From Trichoplax adhaerens (lineage: Eukaryota; Animalia; Placozoa): DNA of 64,000 nt. Location: positions 649,379 to 713,378 of the forward strand of contig NW_002060956.1 of NCBI RefSeq assembly GCF_000150275.1. Reading direction: 5' to 3'. Positions 25,301-39,900 of this stretch are shown here, piece after piece. Numbering within the stretch: position 1 is the stretch's first letter; every line of letters begins with the position of its first letter. The notes beneath the pieces are model-generated. The model did no database searches. It was not told where the DNA came from and worked only from the letters and a program-made list of their open reading frames with translations. Made by a program: the position numbers and the translations under genes.

Positions 25301-28300
25301 AGCTATTTAAGGAATATACTTCTATTGCTAGATGAGATAAGAGCCCGCTGTAGTATTATTACAAAGCAATTCTTGTGCATTGTAAGGGTAATATCAAATC
25401 TTGGATTATCCACTTCAACTAAAAAATATTTTTTCTCTGAATAGCGATAGTAACATATTAACATATTTGTCTTCAACAGTTGTAAAAATAGGCTTTATCA
25501 TACAAATATCCGTTTATTTTAACTTGTAAATAAGAGATTGTTGTTCATAGAAAAGTGAGTCCTTTAGTATGGTAAAATACTAAAACAGATCATTTCTCGT
25601 TAGAGTAAGGAATTAAAGTTATCTTTCTATAAAAAAAATAAGATCTATTATGCTGATAATAGATCATCGTTTACTGTAATATAAGATTGCAATAATTTGA
25701 CATCGATTTAAGTGAAACATATTAAAACGTTACACAAATATTAAAATAAGCAAATATTTCTCAATGAAACAGATGTAACTAGCATCCGTTCCAGTCTTAA
25801 ACTGTTAATTTGTAATTTAAACTATCTGCTACTACCACTATAGCAATTAATAAAGAAATATGCATTGTTAATTACCTTTAATTGAAGTATTTTACGTCAT
25901 GCAAAGACAAGGAATATAAATTATAATAGCTATAGAGAGCTATAAATAGTTTTAATAGCGATATATTCGAAAAAATTTCATAATGTATACGGCTGTATCA
26001 TAATATAACTTCTAGCATATACGGTACTAATAAGCAATTCTGATAATCTTTCAAGAAAGTCAATTAATTAGAGATAATAATAACAATTAATATATATAAA
26101 ATAGCCATAAAGTAGAGATTCTTGTTCTGCTATAGAATATCCTAAGAAATGAAATTAGATTAAGAGCATGTGGTCCTGATCAAGAAGAATAGCATGAAAT
26201 TATTAATGTTTGAAAATAGATGATGTTAGAATATTAGTTAATAGATTTCTGTTTCACGATCGTTAGGCTACGATTATATTAATAATGATGATGTTGACAA
26301 GATGGGTTCATCTCAATATTCAATCCATTTATATTAGCCCACATTGTTGGAGATAGCATCAATAACAATACGCTTAGTGTAAAATTCTAGCCTACCCTTT
26401 ATCCTAGTGACCCTTGATCATAAAAAAGTTAGAATATTAAAAATGGAGAGTTACCTATTTAATATTTTTTTGAATAGCGCAATAATTACTCTGTTATGGA
26501 ATTCCATACCTTTTGAATTTATATTTCAATTTTTCCAGTAGAAGAATAAAACTACCGATTGTCAGTATTCAGCATCAGAATGATTTATAATTTTGACTAT
26601 AATGAGATATAACTTTGTTACAAGATAATAGATAGATACGTATTCACATTAAACGGTAGTTATTGGCATTAGATCTCAGTTTGTAACTCTATCCAGTAAT
26701 CTCAAAAAGAAGACGAAAACGAAAATTTTCACTAAGAAGATAATAATTAATGTGAATAGTTCGTCTATTACAAGTCAACTTTCGATATGTTACGATTTTC
26801 ATCATCTAATTAAGATTTAAGTCAATTTATTCATTAAGAGGTCGAATATAACAAATAATTTTACGAATCATATGCAACTGATTTTTTGTTGCATTGATAT
26901 ACGAGTATGTGATTTATGTATATCAGGATCTAAATACTATAGATTACTAAATAAATCGCTCTCATTATCAATTGTAATGATAAAAAAGGACCATGGCGAT
27001 CAGTAGTGTCATTTTAAATGTGATTTACTACATCCATTAATTACTTTCTTGGATTACAACGATGTCTAATATCTTTAATTTCAGTTGAGATGATAGTAGA
27101 AATACTAAAGATCGACCTGGAAGTAGAATAATTTACAACAACATTGATTGATTAGACAGGTTCATAGAAATTATCTAGCAATAAGAATGATTATACAGCT
27201 TAACTTAATGGTAGCTGTCTAGTCTTGTGACAGTAGTTATCCACGATTGTAGTATTTTGTGCTCTCCATTTAGGCTAAGATGAGCACGACAACTAAAATT
27301 GAAATAATAAACAATCATGATTCTAGCCAATGTTGATTAATGTACAGTACCTGCTATGACTAGATTTGCTAGAACCAGCTGGCAATAATGAAAAGTCAAA
27401 TCCCTTTGAAATCTTAGTTCTAATAGTCATTGTGTTATCTCACCTTTCACTATCATCAACCACATTAGCAGGGCTGCAGTGAAAGTGTACGTCCTACATT
27501 AAAATAACTTATATGTCTTTATTTGATAAATTCAAATTCAAATTGTCTTCATGAGTCGACTGACTTAGTCTCTTTAGCTTATTTAAAATTTTTAACTTAT
27601 AATTATTAATTTGTAATATCCATTCATCTATAATATAGACAAACGTAGACAACCTAGTATGCATATTAAAACTGATGTAATTAATTTTGAACACTAAAAG
27701 AATGTAGTTTTAGGGGATAAAGTCATTAATCATGATCATTTATTATTCATTGAATCCATTAAAATTATCTGAAGATCGTCTGTATTTAATGTAATTGAAC
27801 TGTGATCTTTTATTTCGATCACTATTGTCTCCAACAGTGACTCTCAATGTAAACATTGCGACTTTGGATACCATGCCATATTTAATCGTAAGTAAAAGAG
27901 ATGATTTCACGTAGAAAAATAAATAGTTAACAAAAGAAAGGTAAAGAATGGACTATGTAATAAATTTGATGAGACAACTAGACATTAGAATATTTAAAAT
28001 TTAAACTGTAAAATTTTTATTCTGTAATTAGAATAAAATAAAACAACTATTACCTATAGCTAACCAAATCAATTTTATCGACAAATTGGACTATTTCTTG
28101 CTAAACAATACCACAAACCTCTTACTAAACAATATCACAAACCCTTTAGTAAATTTGGTTACTATATTCTTGAGATATTGTTGTCTTCTCTACATTAGTA
28201 TTATCAACTGAGGACGCTTTTGCTTCAATTTCGTTTCGTATCCGTAAGATCTTATCGCGTAAAATATTTTACGTCTATAATTTGTAAAAATTTTAGGCCT

Positions 28301-30686
28301 GAGGTATTTCAATTTTATTTTTAGATTAACGGTCGTGTAGCAGGATGGAACGATAATTAAAGTAAATAAATAAGATCATACTTGCTATTTTTGTTTTTGC
28401 TCTACTTTCCTTGTAATGCATTATTTGGTAAGGCTAAATAAAGAGAGCAGCACTTATAAAAGATACGAAATAACAAGACTATTAATTATCGTACCATCAT
28501 AAAACAGCAATAATGCATTAGACCATATATTATGTAATACGTAAGAGATAAAATAGTTAAAAAATTTAGTAACCAAATTTTAGAATACTGTACCGTATCA
28601 AAATCAATAGATCTAGAAGTAGCTGAAAAAGTAAAAGATCTCATCATTTCTCATTTTGAAAACTAAGACTTTTAGTCTTAGATAACATAAAAAAAAGTTT
28701 GAATTACGTTAGTGGTTAACACTGTTAAATTTTATTTATTCCTATCCAAAATCGATTCAAATTGGTCCATAAAAGAAGTATCACTATTATTAGTAGTAGT
28801 ATTTGTAAAAGTAAAGAAACAGAAAAATCCGGTAGACGCACACATGATATAGTACTATGAACGGAAGAGAAAATATTCTTTTAAAAAACTAAATAAAGAA
28901 TCGATATTTGATATTTTCAAAAGATGCGCCGTCATCAATTCAATCTATAGAGTATCGATGTAAGAGATCAATATCAAGTTTATTTGCAATATCCATAAGC
29001 GCGATTTATAAGTCAATACTAAACAGAATACTCAATATTTACGTTGAAATATCAATTTTGTTAACCACATAAACGATTGCCTGGATAGTTAAACAGAGCA
29101 TATATTTCAGTTGCAGTCAGTTTTAAACAAAATTCAGAATCATTCAATTACATGACAACATATGTCTATATAATTTTATCCGTTATTATTGACTTAAAAC
29201 TCATTTATTTTTTTAATAATCCCTCCCATATTTTCTATCTCTCCACCCACTCTACAATTTCAATTACCATTGTTGAATAAAGAGAATAAGTTTCTTTTTC
29301 TACTTTACAGAAATTGATAAAGCTAGTCAAGAGAGAAAGACAGACAGAATCGTAAAAAATCAAAAAATGAAAACATATGCTACCTTTCACGTCGAGAAAT
29401 ATCTCTTGTTTGGAAATTACTTAATCAATTTATCATAAATGAATGATTTAAAGTAGAAAATTTATGACTTCACATACTATAGTCCATGACTTAAAATTAG
29501 AATTGGTTAGGATTTAAAATGATAATCAATTGAAATTTTTTATTGGCTATATGAATTATTATTGACAGTATTACCTCAGGCTTGAGAATTAGGTATTGGA
29601 AATATCCTATCATAATAGAGGGAAAATATGGAAATCTTCTTCCGCAATGTCAATATATGTTATGTTATATTATAAATACGTCGACTAATTAAATATCGTA
29701 GATTGAGTCATGGTTGCGTATTTTTGGTTATGTGATATGAAATTGATCGCGGTCTAAGAATAACAGTTATTACAAGTTAGACTGTATATCAACGAATAAA
29801 GAAGTATATATAAATTTGTTCTCATATACAAATAATGATAATATGATTGCAAGTAGGTAAACAAGAAAAAAAGAGAAATATCGTAAGTGGGTGCTACTAC
29901 CTGATTTCTTGGATGAATCTTTTATTTCCATTTATAATGATAAATCGCCACTGATGTCACTTAGGTTATCGTCGCAACAAAGTAGATATATTTATAATTA
30001 TTCATATTTCGTAGACTTCACCCAAAAAATTTAATATATCATCGATGGATATTAGAATGCTGTCATAATAATATAAACAAATACTATAAAGAAAGTTATC
30101 TATAATGAAGCCATTACCTGTGATTACTCCTTAACAACGAACGTTAAATCTATATATAGCTAATCAGTCAATTAACTGCTATCCAATATGTATCTGCATG
30201 CATATGCGTATGCATTATCTTAGTGATATATTAACTTTTCGATAGTAAGCTACAATTGCCAAACGTTATAATGAAACAATTGCAAGATATCAATGCATAA
30301 TAACAGCAATGATTAATTGATTTCCATTTCTCCACCTCCAATTAAATCAGAAAACATTTCAACCATAAGATAATACATCTATATATGATTGGATTTTTTT
30401 TTCATTTCCTTCCTTGCTTGACTTACAGCGTTATTCAATTGATTTGAATGCAACTATTATCCTTATTTGATCTATTGATATTTAACTTCAATTGGATTCA
30501 ATTGCACATGTTATTATTGCAATCTATTGATTGCTTGTCAATGTGTCGAAGGTTGATATTGAGATAGGAAATCAATCACGACAATATTGTCAATAGTATA
30601 ATTGTTTTAATGTTTAATTAAAAAAAGCAACACGTTATAATTAGCCGATCACATCAGACGGTTAAAATACAATGCCCGTCCAACTG

Positions 30687-30784
30687 TATATAAGCTTGGC
30701 CAATTGACTTTCGTTAGTCATATTTAACTCGACGATTTCTCTTGTTGAAACTGATTTAAAAAAAATTGGGCAATCTTTCATCAG
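30687..30784 (+). promoter_or_regulatory. Putative TATA box and non-coding first exon of the YF prepropeptide gene
   Basis: TATATAA at 30687 and a strong donor CAG|GTAAGC at 30785. A matching acceptor TAG lies at 32921, just before the ATG. Confidence 0.5.
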
Positions 30785-32926
30785 GTAAGCTAATTTTCAT
30801 TTTATCTTTCTCAAAGATTGATACTATATTCTTCTCGTTAAATATACGAGTGGAAAAATGACACCATAAAATTGCCATTCCAATCATTAATACGATTTAA
30901 TTACGTTTTTCGATAGTATCATTTGATTTATTAGGATAGCAGTTAATTTAGAATGACTTTCTTTTCACTTTATTCTCATCGCTTCTATAAGTTATAATAA
31001 AGGTATTTTTAAGTGATAGAGCAAGTTCATCTTCATGTAAGCAATTTGTGAAAAGTGATAAAGATTTAGATCTACGTTTACTATAGTTAAATATTCTTGT
31101 TGTTATTGCTTCCATAGCTTGGATCAAGTACGAAGAAAGTAATTACATGATATGTCCTCAAACATTTGTTTTCAAGTTAATCGTAGATAACTGACACATT
31201 CCGATAGGTCTTATCCTGATAGTAATGGATAAATCATACATATAAGATGAATTAGAGTCAAATGGAGTCAATATCAATATGAAATTTAACTATTTCCCTA
31301 CTAATTGAGACATTGTTAACTGATAGATTCATTCATGACAGGAAATTAACACGTTTACTTACTTAGACTACTTAAAGTGAAAAAATAGTGTTGCCACTAG
31401 CATTAATATTAAAGATAGTTTTATGGCAAGCGCGATTTAATATTAATATTTAATAGCATTTTCTGAAGGTATGCTAACTCCTCTTACCCTTTCAATACCT
31501 ACATCATATTTACCAATAAGTTCATAATTTTTATCATGTGGGATGGTTAAGACAACAACTATCATTTCATTCAATCTTTCTTAACTTGATTATGAATATG
31601 TTTATAGCCATCGTTTATTAAATCTATTAAAATGAAGCTAGCTATTGACAACAGCAAGATATATACAATTTATTTTTTTATTCATAGAAAAATTATTAAA
31701 TCCTGTAGCCATGTTTCTTGTATCTACTGATATAAATATTCAATACTTTATGGCATTTTCTGTTTAGCCAGTATGCTTTCTTTAATAAAAATGAATACAT
31801 ATAGAAATTTATTTAGATACATTATGTATTTGCAATCAGAATCATTGTTAACTTTGCCTTACTTGAATATCATTGAAGATAATACCTACTTTATGTAAAT
31901 TCAAGTAGACAACTATGGCATTCTCTAGACTTTATTTTATATAACATTGTATTTATATCCAGACGGCAGCTTATTTTGATTAGAAATTCATTAAAAAAAA
32001 TATAATTGTTGAAGTTGTGAATCAATCCCCTAATTAGACTCAGCAAAGTGTTATGTCTATTCATGCATGGGTGCATTACTTAACTATTCATAGCACTGAA
32101 ACATAGGAAAAATGTTTCCTATACCTCATCATTATTTCAGAAAGTACAGAAAATATGAAAATTTTCCTAATTTATGTTGCAGTGTAGTGACTTCTTCCTT
32201 ATCTAGTCGATGATTGCTTTTAATTATGGCTTGATCTTCTCATTAGCTATTGATTAAATTATAATTTACTATATTTAATACTATTTTCAGGCTGAAATCT
32301 GATAGGCTTTCTTTAGTATTACCATTTTTAATTTAATCATAGGTTATATCCTTCCTTTTCTGTCATCACTCTGATTTATTTGAAATTCAATGGATCAAAT
32401 AAAATCTATGTAATATTTTCTATTCCTATTAGCTATAACGTGCATAGACAATGTCATTAACGTTAGCAATAATCTTGATTTAATAAAAAGGAAACAAAGG
32501 ATACCTTGATATAAAACGTTGCAGTTACTGTTCGATCAATACTTACTGTTGCATAATGGTATTGATTTTTGATTAAATTAACCTTTCTTTTCCTATGAAA
32601 CTAAATATATAAGAATTTACAGTATTAAACACCTACGATTTCTTCTAGGAATACATATATAAAGACATAATAATTCAATATTTTGCGTCTATCATTTCAT
32701 CCTTTGATTGCTACTTCATCGATGTAGGCATTTATTTTTTTTTGTAATACCCTACAGCTAAAATACTTTGTTTCATGTACACCTGTTTTCTTCAAATAAA
32801 AACTGATGTTCCTAAATTAATTTAGTTAACGGCAAGTTATTGCCTTAAAAATTATTGTTGATTTCCAATCACATATATCTATCCTTCTTCTAATCCTTAC
32901 TATTTTAACTTTATTATGTAGATATC

Positions 32927-33844
32927 ATGGTAAAATTACTGATTCTTGTTGCTTTGGTAGCTATTCTTGCTACGACTATTGAAGGTAAAGTAAAATAAGG
33001 ATTACCTGGACTGATATACTGACCTCAATATAACAGTTTTAATTTAGGAATTCAGAACATTATTCTCATATAAAATTTTTTTATCAACTACATAGTCTCT
33101 ACTTTCTTCTTATATACAATTACCCTTTAATAAATCACTATTTTGGTGTCGACTTTTTAAGTTTACTCATTTAATCAGACACAGGATACTGTACTGTCGA
33201 ATCTAATAATGATTATTACCATCATCGGAAAGCTATTACTAGATTAATTTTTTGTCCATACCTTAATATTACCAGTGTGCTCAGCTTTTACCCACTAGTA
33301 ATAGCATATACGTAGCGTCTAAGAAAACGAAGAAAGCGAAATATATCTCATTTTTTTGTGACATTAAAATGTATCCAAACTATCTCTCATAATAAACAAA
33401 ATTGATAGATTGAGTTCAATCATTTTCTACAATGATAACAGGTAAAGCTATTAAACAATCTCAGCCTATGGATTTGGGTCTTATCTACTCTGGTTTTCAA
33501 GGACCTCCAGGCAAACGCCAAATGGATTGGAATTATTTCAAAAGAAGTCCATTACGCTATTTCAGAAGATTGGATGGTGACTACATATTGGTAAGGCAAG
33601 ACGATCTTTTGGATAGCTATTTCAAGAAATCAGCTGATAGGACACAGCCGGCACTCGATGAAACTTTCTCACCATAAATGGTTAGTATACTACTACAGCG
33701 TGATACCTTTAAAATGCAAGTTGTTATTTATCCGAGATATTATTCACTATCGATGCTAACTGAATCATTTTTTTATCTATTTCAATGGGTTATTAGCCTT
33801 ACGATGACGAGGAAGAAAAGAAGGGATATTATAATACACATTGA
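32927..33844 (+). CDS. Secreted neuropeptide-like precursor (GPPamide and YF peptides)
   Basis: Signal exon 32927-32984 (MVKLLILVALVAILATTIEG) is followed by a phase-1 intron. The exon from 33442 reads KAIKQSQPMDLGLIYSGFQGPP-GKR-QMDWNYF-KR-SPLRYF-RR-LDGDYIL... It ends either at TAA 33677 or via terminal exon 33797-33844 (PYDDEEEKKGYYNTH*). Confidence 0.85.
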
Positions 33845-36237
33845 ATAGTGATTTGAAAGTAATCTTCCAAAAAGTTATAAATGACTTGCTTCACGAATCA
33901 AATCGCCTATACCGACTTATGGAATATATATTTAAAATTCGTATAAATTATTGCTAGATCATGACGTTAATGATATGATTCTGTTATTGTATGTAGAGTT
34001 AGTATATTCATAATAATGTTCGTGTAATAGGTAGGAAAAATTAGTTAGAAAATCTGAAAATTATACAATCGAATACCACTCCAGCTGTAACAGAGAACTT
34101 GGCCATTTTAAGTTAGTTACAGTAAACAGATTATGTAGACATTTTTCATAGTAATGAAAATAATATATGGCAATGATGATATAATTACCAAATTCCCTAT
34201 TGAAATTTTCTTTCTCGCTCTCTTCCTCTCTATGATTCTATCTACACTTACATGCTCCCCATTTCACAACAATGATAATGTATGATGTTCAGTATACTCT
34301 AGTACAGTATAATATCTGAACTCTAACATTTTTAAACAGCTTCTATCAATGGCTATCGCTTACCATTAAAATGATGAAATAGAATAAAATCGCAATAAAA
34401 TAATAAATACTTAATATCCACGGAAAATCTCGGCTTGTTGAATTGTTTCTTATTCTGAAAAAATTGAATATGTAACATTTAAATTGTTGGTAGCATCTTT
34501 TAGTTTATAGAAAATAGAAAACTTTAATTAATTTGATAGTGAGTGTAATAAATGGCTATAATTAATTATTTATTACAACTATACTGATACTGAAGATGAG
34601 ACAGATTAAGTGGTTGAAAGTTGACATCATAAAATGCAAAAATGTCATTAAATTTATTTGTATTAACACTTCTGATACTGTTATCTACTAGTTCCTTCCT
34701 AATTGATATACACATGCATGCATATATCAATAAAGTTATAATTCATTCCGTGCAGGTCATGAAAATAGAATTAAAATGAAGAATAAGTTCTTAATTCGTA
34801 GGCTACTATGGAAAATTATTATGACTATAATGACGGTATAAAGCTAGGAAGATTGCCACAGTTAAGCGCCAAAATGACAAAATTGTAATCGTGTACTATA
34901 GTCTTTGCTTATTTCATGTGATAAATATCATAGCAATTTAATATACAGAATACCTAATGCGACATAAGATTTAGACTTAGTTTGATCTTTGGTAATAGCG
35001 ATATCGCAACTATAAAATATGAGAAAGTTGAAAATAAAGAATTTTTGTAACTTGCATCGGAATTGTGATTTAATACCATAGAAAGCACCATCAATTGCTT
35101 GATATTTCTATTTTTCGTAGAATAGTAGTGTTGAAATTAGCAAAAGCTTTCTCTGAAATACCGGCATGCTGATGGAATTTGTAAGCTACCTCAAGTGAAT
35201 ACTCGCATATCCAATTTATCACTGTCGCCGATATCATCGACATATTATAGTCCTTCCTTTTGATAATAATTTACCGTGATAGTTGCCTAAATTTTTCCAT
35301 AGAGATAACTTACTAAATTTTTGAGATTTTGCTTGTAAGCTAAGAGCATTTTAAATTCTTAATGTTATGAATAACCTTTAAATAGTGGGGAAATTTCAAA
35401 TGTTGAAGGTAAATTAGAAATAACACTATCAAAGAAAGGACCTTGTGCCAAAAACATTTGAGGTGTTTGATTAAAAATCCATAAAATTTCTAAGCTGCTG
35501 TTGTATCTCGAATCTTAAAGGTAAATTAAATTAACATGGGATGAATTTAGTCCGGCTTTTGCGTGTACGAGTATCGTGCACTTTCAGAGGGAAAGAAAGT
35601 GATCTTGCCATGCCAGTACCGCTATCCGTAGGATTAAAGAATTTCGGTTAATAATGTTAATACGGTGCTATTTTTAACAGGTAATAGCGTATGAAGAAAG
35701 TAGATTTAATCTTTGTTCTAATCCATTTATGGATTGCAGTATTATGACAATCGTATAGCTCAAGGTCTTAGCGTAGTTAGTCATATCGTATTAAGAATGC
35801 TTTCCTAAGCCACTCATTTGGAGGATAGTTACCATTTATATCAGCAGTAAAGTTTTGGTAATTGACGACTCGAATATTTTCCATTTGAAACAAAGTTATT
35901 GTAGCTATAAGTGGAAGCTCTAATAACATTGAGAACACGATAATTAGTAAAGCTGCTATGTACATCCATTAGATACTCTTATAGCTATATTCTACGGCCG
36001 TATCTGATCGTCTAATGAAGCTAATTGTTTGTTATGCATAACGATTCCAATGCAATTTTAATGAAATTACCAAGGTATTATCGGCAACTGCCAGTATTAC
36101 TTTGAAAATGATGCAGTAATAGCATTTATGTCTAAAGAAAATATTGTCATAAACCACACTTGCGATAGAGATTTATAGAGAACTCTAACATAAGATAAGT
36201 TACTTATTTAAATCTACTTTCCCTATTTTTTCAATCT

Positions 36238-36738
36238 GTATGCGAGCGATATAAAGAGCTCGATTTCTCGGTTGTGCTTCACAGACAACTGATTGATTGC
36301 TACACTTTTCTTTACATTACCACTCCTGTACACTTCTTAAGCAATTGCTACTTTATTTTACAACACACGTTTAAGTAGATTTCTACAGTGAATTCTAGTG
36401 TTAACAGGAATTCATATATTACAAGTTAAATAAATTAGTGGTTGCAGCTAGATAATCCTTAGTAGTTGTAAGACGAACCTAATCTTATGTAATAAAGTAA
36501 GACTTACAAGAAACTGTAGTTCTTGTTGTATTTTAAAGAAGACGCTTTATCACAACTTTGTATACGAGTGATACATGAGAACTCGGTTTCTCGGCTACAC
36601 CACAGAGCGTAGACACAGGCAACTGATTAGTTACTACATCTTCCTTTAAGTTACGATTCTTATACGCTTCGTAAGCAATTAATTTATTTTACTGCCGCAT
36701 ACTGTTCAGTAGATTTCCGCAGTGAACTTCAATGTTAA
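36238..36738. repeat. Diverged direct duplication of about 170 bp (36238-36404 and 36560-36738)
   Basis: Both copies share GTAT.CGAG.GATA...TTTCTCGG...CAACTGATT...TAAGCAATT...AGTAGATTTC..CAGTGAA...TGTTAA. Confidence 0.8.
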
Positions 36739-36841
36739 TTGGCATGAATTCTTATTTTTGTATTCTATTATATATGTTATATACAGTGGAAGGCTTAACT
36801 AGTTACTAGAAGCTGGACTTTGAATGAACGTTTAGAGGCTC

Positions 36842-36936
36842 TAGAAGTTCGAAAGATGTTATTTACATTCATACTTCATCATATGCTTGATTGCATTGAT
36901 GAAATATGAATGTAAATAACATCTTTTGAACTTCTA
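36842..36936. mobile_element. Near-perfect 95-nt foldback (MITE-like or hairpin RNA)
   Basis: 40-bp inverted arms with 2 mismatches around a 15-nt loop; it begins and ends in TA. Confidence 0.55.
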
Positions 36937-39900
36937 TAGCTAATAGGCTAACAGGTGTTGAAGTAATCATCCTTCGATCTTAGATGGTTCTATTGTTAGA
37001 GCTTAGCACACTTTTCAATCTATAGTAAATTAGCTTGCAATAGTTTGTATTTCATGTTACGATTCTACTACCGTAGTAAAAATTATAAGCTCAGCAAGAT
37101 TAAGCTTAAACATCAAACATAGCATATGACCATATCTAGACTATTTAAATGTATTTATTATTCACTAATCAATAACTCAATAGGCGACACAGTACTGTGA
37201 TAAATTTACCAATGTCTCTAGAGTAAGCTTAAATGTAGATCATTTAATCGGGTAGTGCCAATGCCAATGCGAGATAGTGCACTAGAATCTAACTTTGAGA
37301 ATTAATTTACTTTGGATGTAATAGGAAATTAGCTTTGATAGTACCTTATTGCGACAGTGTTATGTACTGCATTAGAGTAGAAATATCTATGTTAGGATAA
37401 TTCTGTTAGCCTATCCTTATTTAGTTAACTTCTAATTTGGATATACTGTGTTTTAATATAGCACTGACTTTTTATGACAGCGACACTTTATACACCTACT
37501 GAAATTAATAGTTATAATAGGGAATGCAAATCATCTACTTACAGTTAGAATCATTGTGATTGTAATTTACTTATGGTAGATCGTAAATTATCATGGAAAT
37601 GTTCCGTGATAGGACATATCGTAATCTGACTATTCTGTATTAGTCATTACATGTCTATGTTCGTAAATACTGTTGTCTGCATTAAGGTTGCAGTAGCTAA
37701 AATTAATATCTAATTCAGTAAATGATTCCAATGTTAATTGTATTAACTATGACTCATGAACTATTGAGGAATAGTATATAAATGCAGCATATCGTGAAAT
37801 AAAGTAAATTCTCAAACTTAGTGTTTAACGTAAAATACGAGACGTTTAAGTCTTTGCGTAATCTGGTAGTAGAGCAAAAGTGTTTGTGATAGTGTAGATA
37901 TCGTTCCTTGATACGTGGTTTAAGGAATTGACTTATTGATCGTATATTACGTTGTCTTGTTGCAAAGCTGTTTTGTGACACCTATACAGATCTAACTGAT
38001 AAACCCTTTTCAAATTTCCTGACATGGAATCATTAATGATTGCAACATTTCGCTGACCGGAATGCTATACTATATTGCCGGCAAGTATACCTAGGAATAA
38101 GATACTATTGGCTCCTCTATTATGAGTTGACTAATGCTTCATAGGCCTTATTACAACGTCTTTAACTCCAGGATATTGGAAGGATATGGCTAGCTAACAG
38201 TATAGTAGTACTTCAGAACGAACATGAAACTTTTAAATATAGATTTAGTGATCGTGAAATCTCTATAAATTAATAGTATCTTTGCTAAAAACTGGAAATG
38301 CTAAAAAGATAAAAAAACTACACAGGAATTCCTTACATACCTCCGTACTTTATAAACAAGCAATTTTTAAATTAATTTTTAATCGTAATTCTTTACTGAT
38401 GTACCGGAATGTGTAAAAATGCATCTGTTAAATTTAATTTCCTACTGTTCTGCAGTCCGAACGCGCTGCTAATGTGTAGGTATTTACTGTTAATTCAAAT
38501 TACGGTATCGTAAGTTCTAATATGACTGGAATAAAACCGAATTCTTATACCGGGAAATAAGTATAGTGTATATATATTGATAACCTTCAATGATGAGATA
38601 ATGTTATGTTTTTCTAAGTGATAACATGCTGTAGAAGAGGTGTATTTATGGTGTTATAAAAAATGTGGTAAAAATAACGGGACTGGAACTTTGATTTCTC
38701 GTAAACTTCATTTTATGACGGTAGTGTATTTGAGAGAGAAGCAACTATATAGAGCAAATAAATGTAGTAAAATTAAACAGTTTATTATTTCATCACATTG
38801 CATAAGTAAATCGATAAAAGATCAGAATTATCATAGAATAGCTCAAGCATATACAGTAGCTCAGCTTAAACTGTTTATCAACAGTACAGAACATGGTTCT
38901 ATAATTAATATATCACAACCTAAATATACCACATCTTAGTTCTAAGCAACCATACAAAAAAAGGGGTATTATCGACTACAGTTCATAATCGATTGCTTCT
39001 CTAAAACAAGGCCTTTTACTACCGTAAACGGATTTTCCAGACAGATAGCTGCACATGATCTTACATACAATCGTACGTTTAAAAATTAATCTATTCCTTC
39101 TTTAACTAGGATACAGGGGCCAACTAACTACCGTACTCTAAATTCGTATCACAGATAGATCAGAACACATTCTCTAAATATGAAATACAAAATTTATGCT
39201 TCAATCTTGAACTAAGTAAAGACGACGTGATACTTAAAATACTAGAACGTCTTGACGGTTTACCGGTTATACTGTTCATTCAAAGGAAACTCATGTATTG
39301 AATATCATACAGGAAATAGTATTTGTTAGTTTAGGAGTAACTCGCTAGTGATTAGATGGAGTTAATATCTGGAGTTTATTATAATGAAAGAGGCAAAATT
39401 AATAGAAGTTACGATTTATGATTCTAAATCTGCAGTTAATTATTTAAGATTTAAGGTTCAGCATTTATTGATTACATTGCTTTAAGAATTAATAGCTATT
39501 CGTGCCAAATGGTTACGATATTTTATATCTAGAATAACCAACTTAAATATAATTTCATATATAACTAATAAGTTACAAAATTAAAATCAATTTGCTATCT
39601 TAATTTATGGAAATAGACCTTATAAATTGCATATGGATGATCGATTATCGGAAAACTGTTATCGTGTGATAAAAGAAGTTAAGAGTGGTTACGTAAGGAT
39701 ATTTCATTTAAGCCGGCTCCTTAATATATCACTGCTGTACAACATGAAATGTAACAGTATTTCATACGAATTGTAGTTATAGGACATAGATTGGATAATG
39801 TTAGTTTCTACATTTTACATACGGAGAAGATACCTAACGTATACACAACTGTAAGGAGGTGGTGTACTGTTGTATACGAATATTTCGCCTTAATTACATT

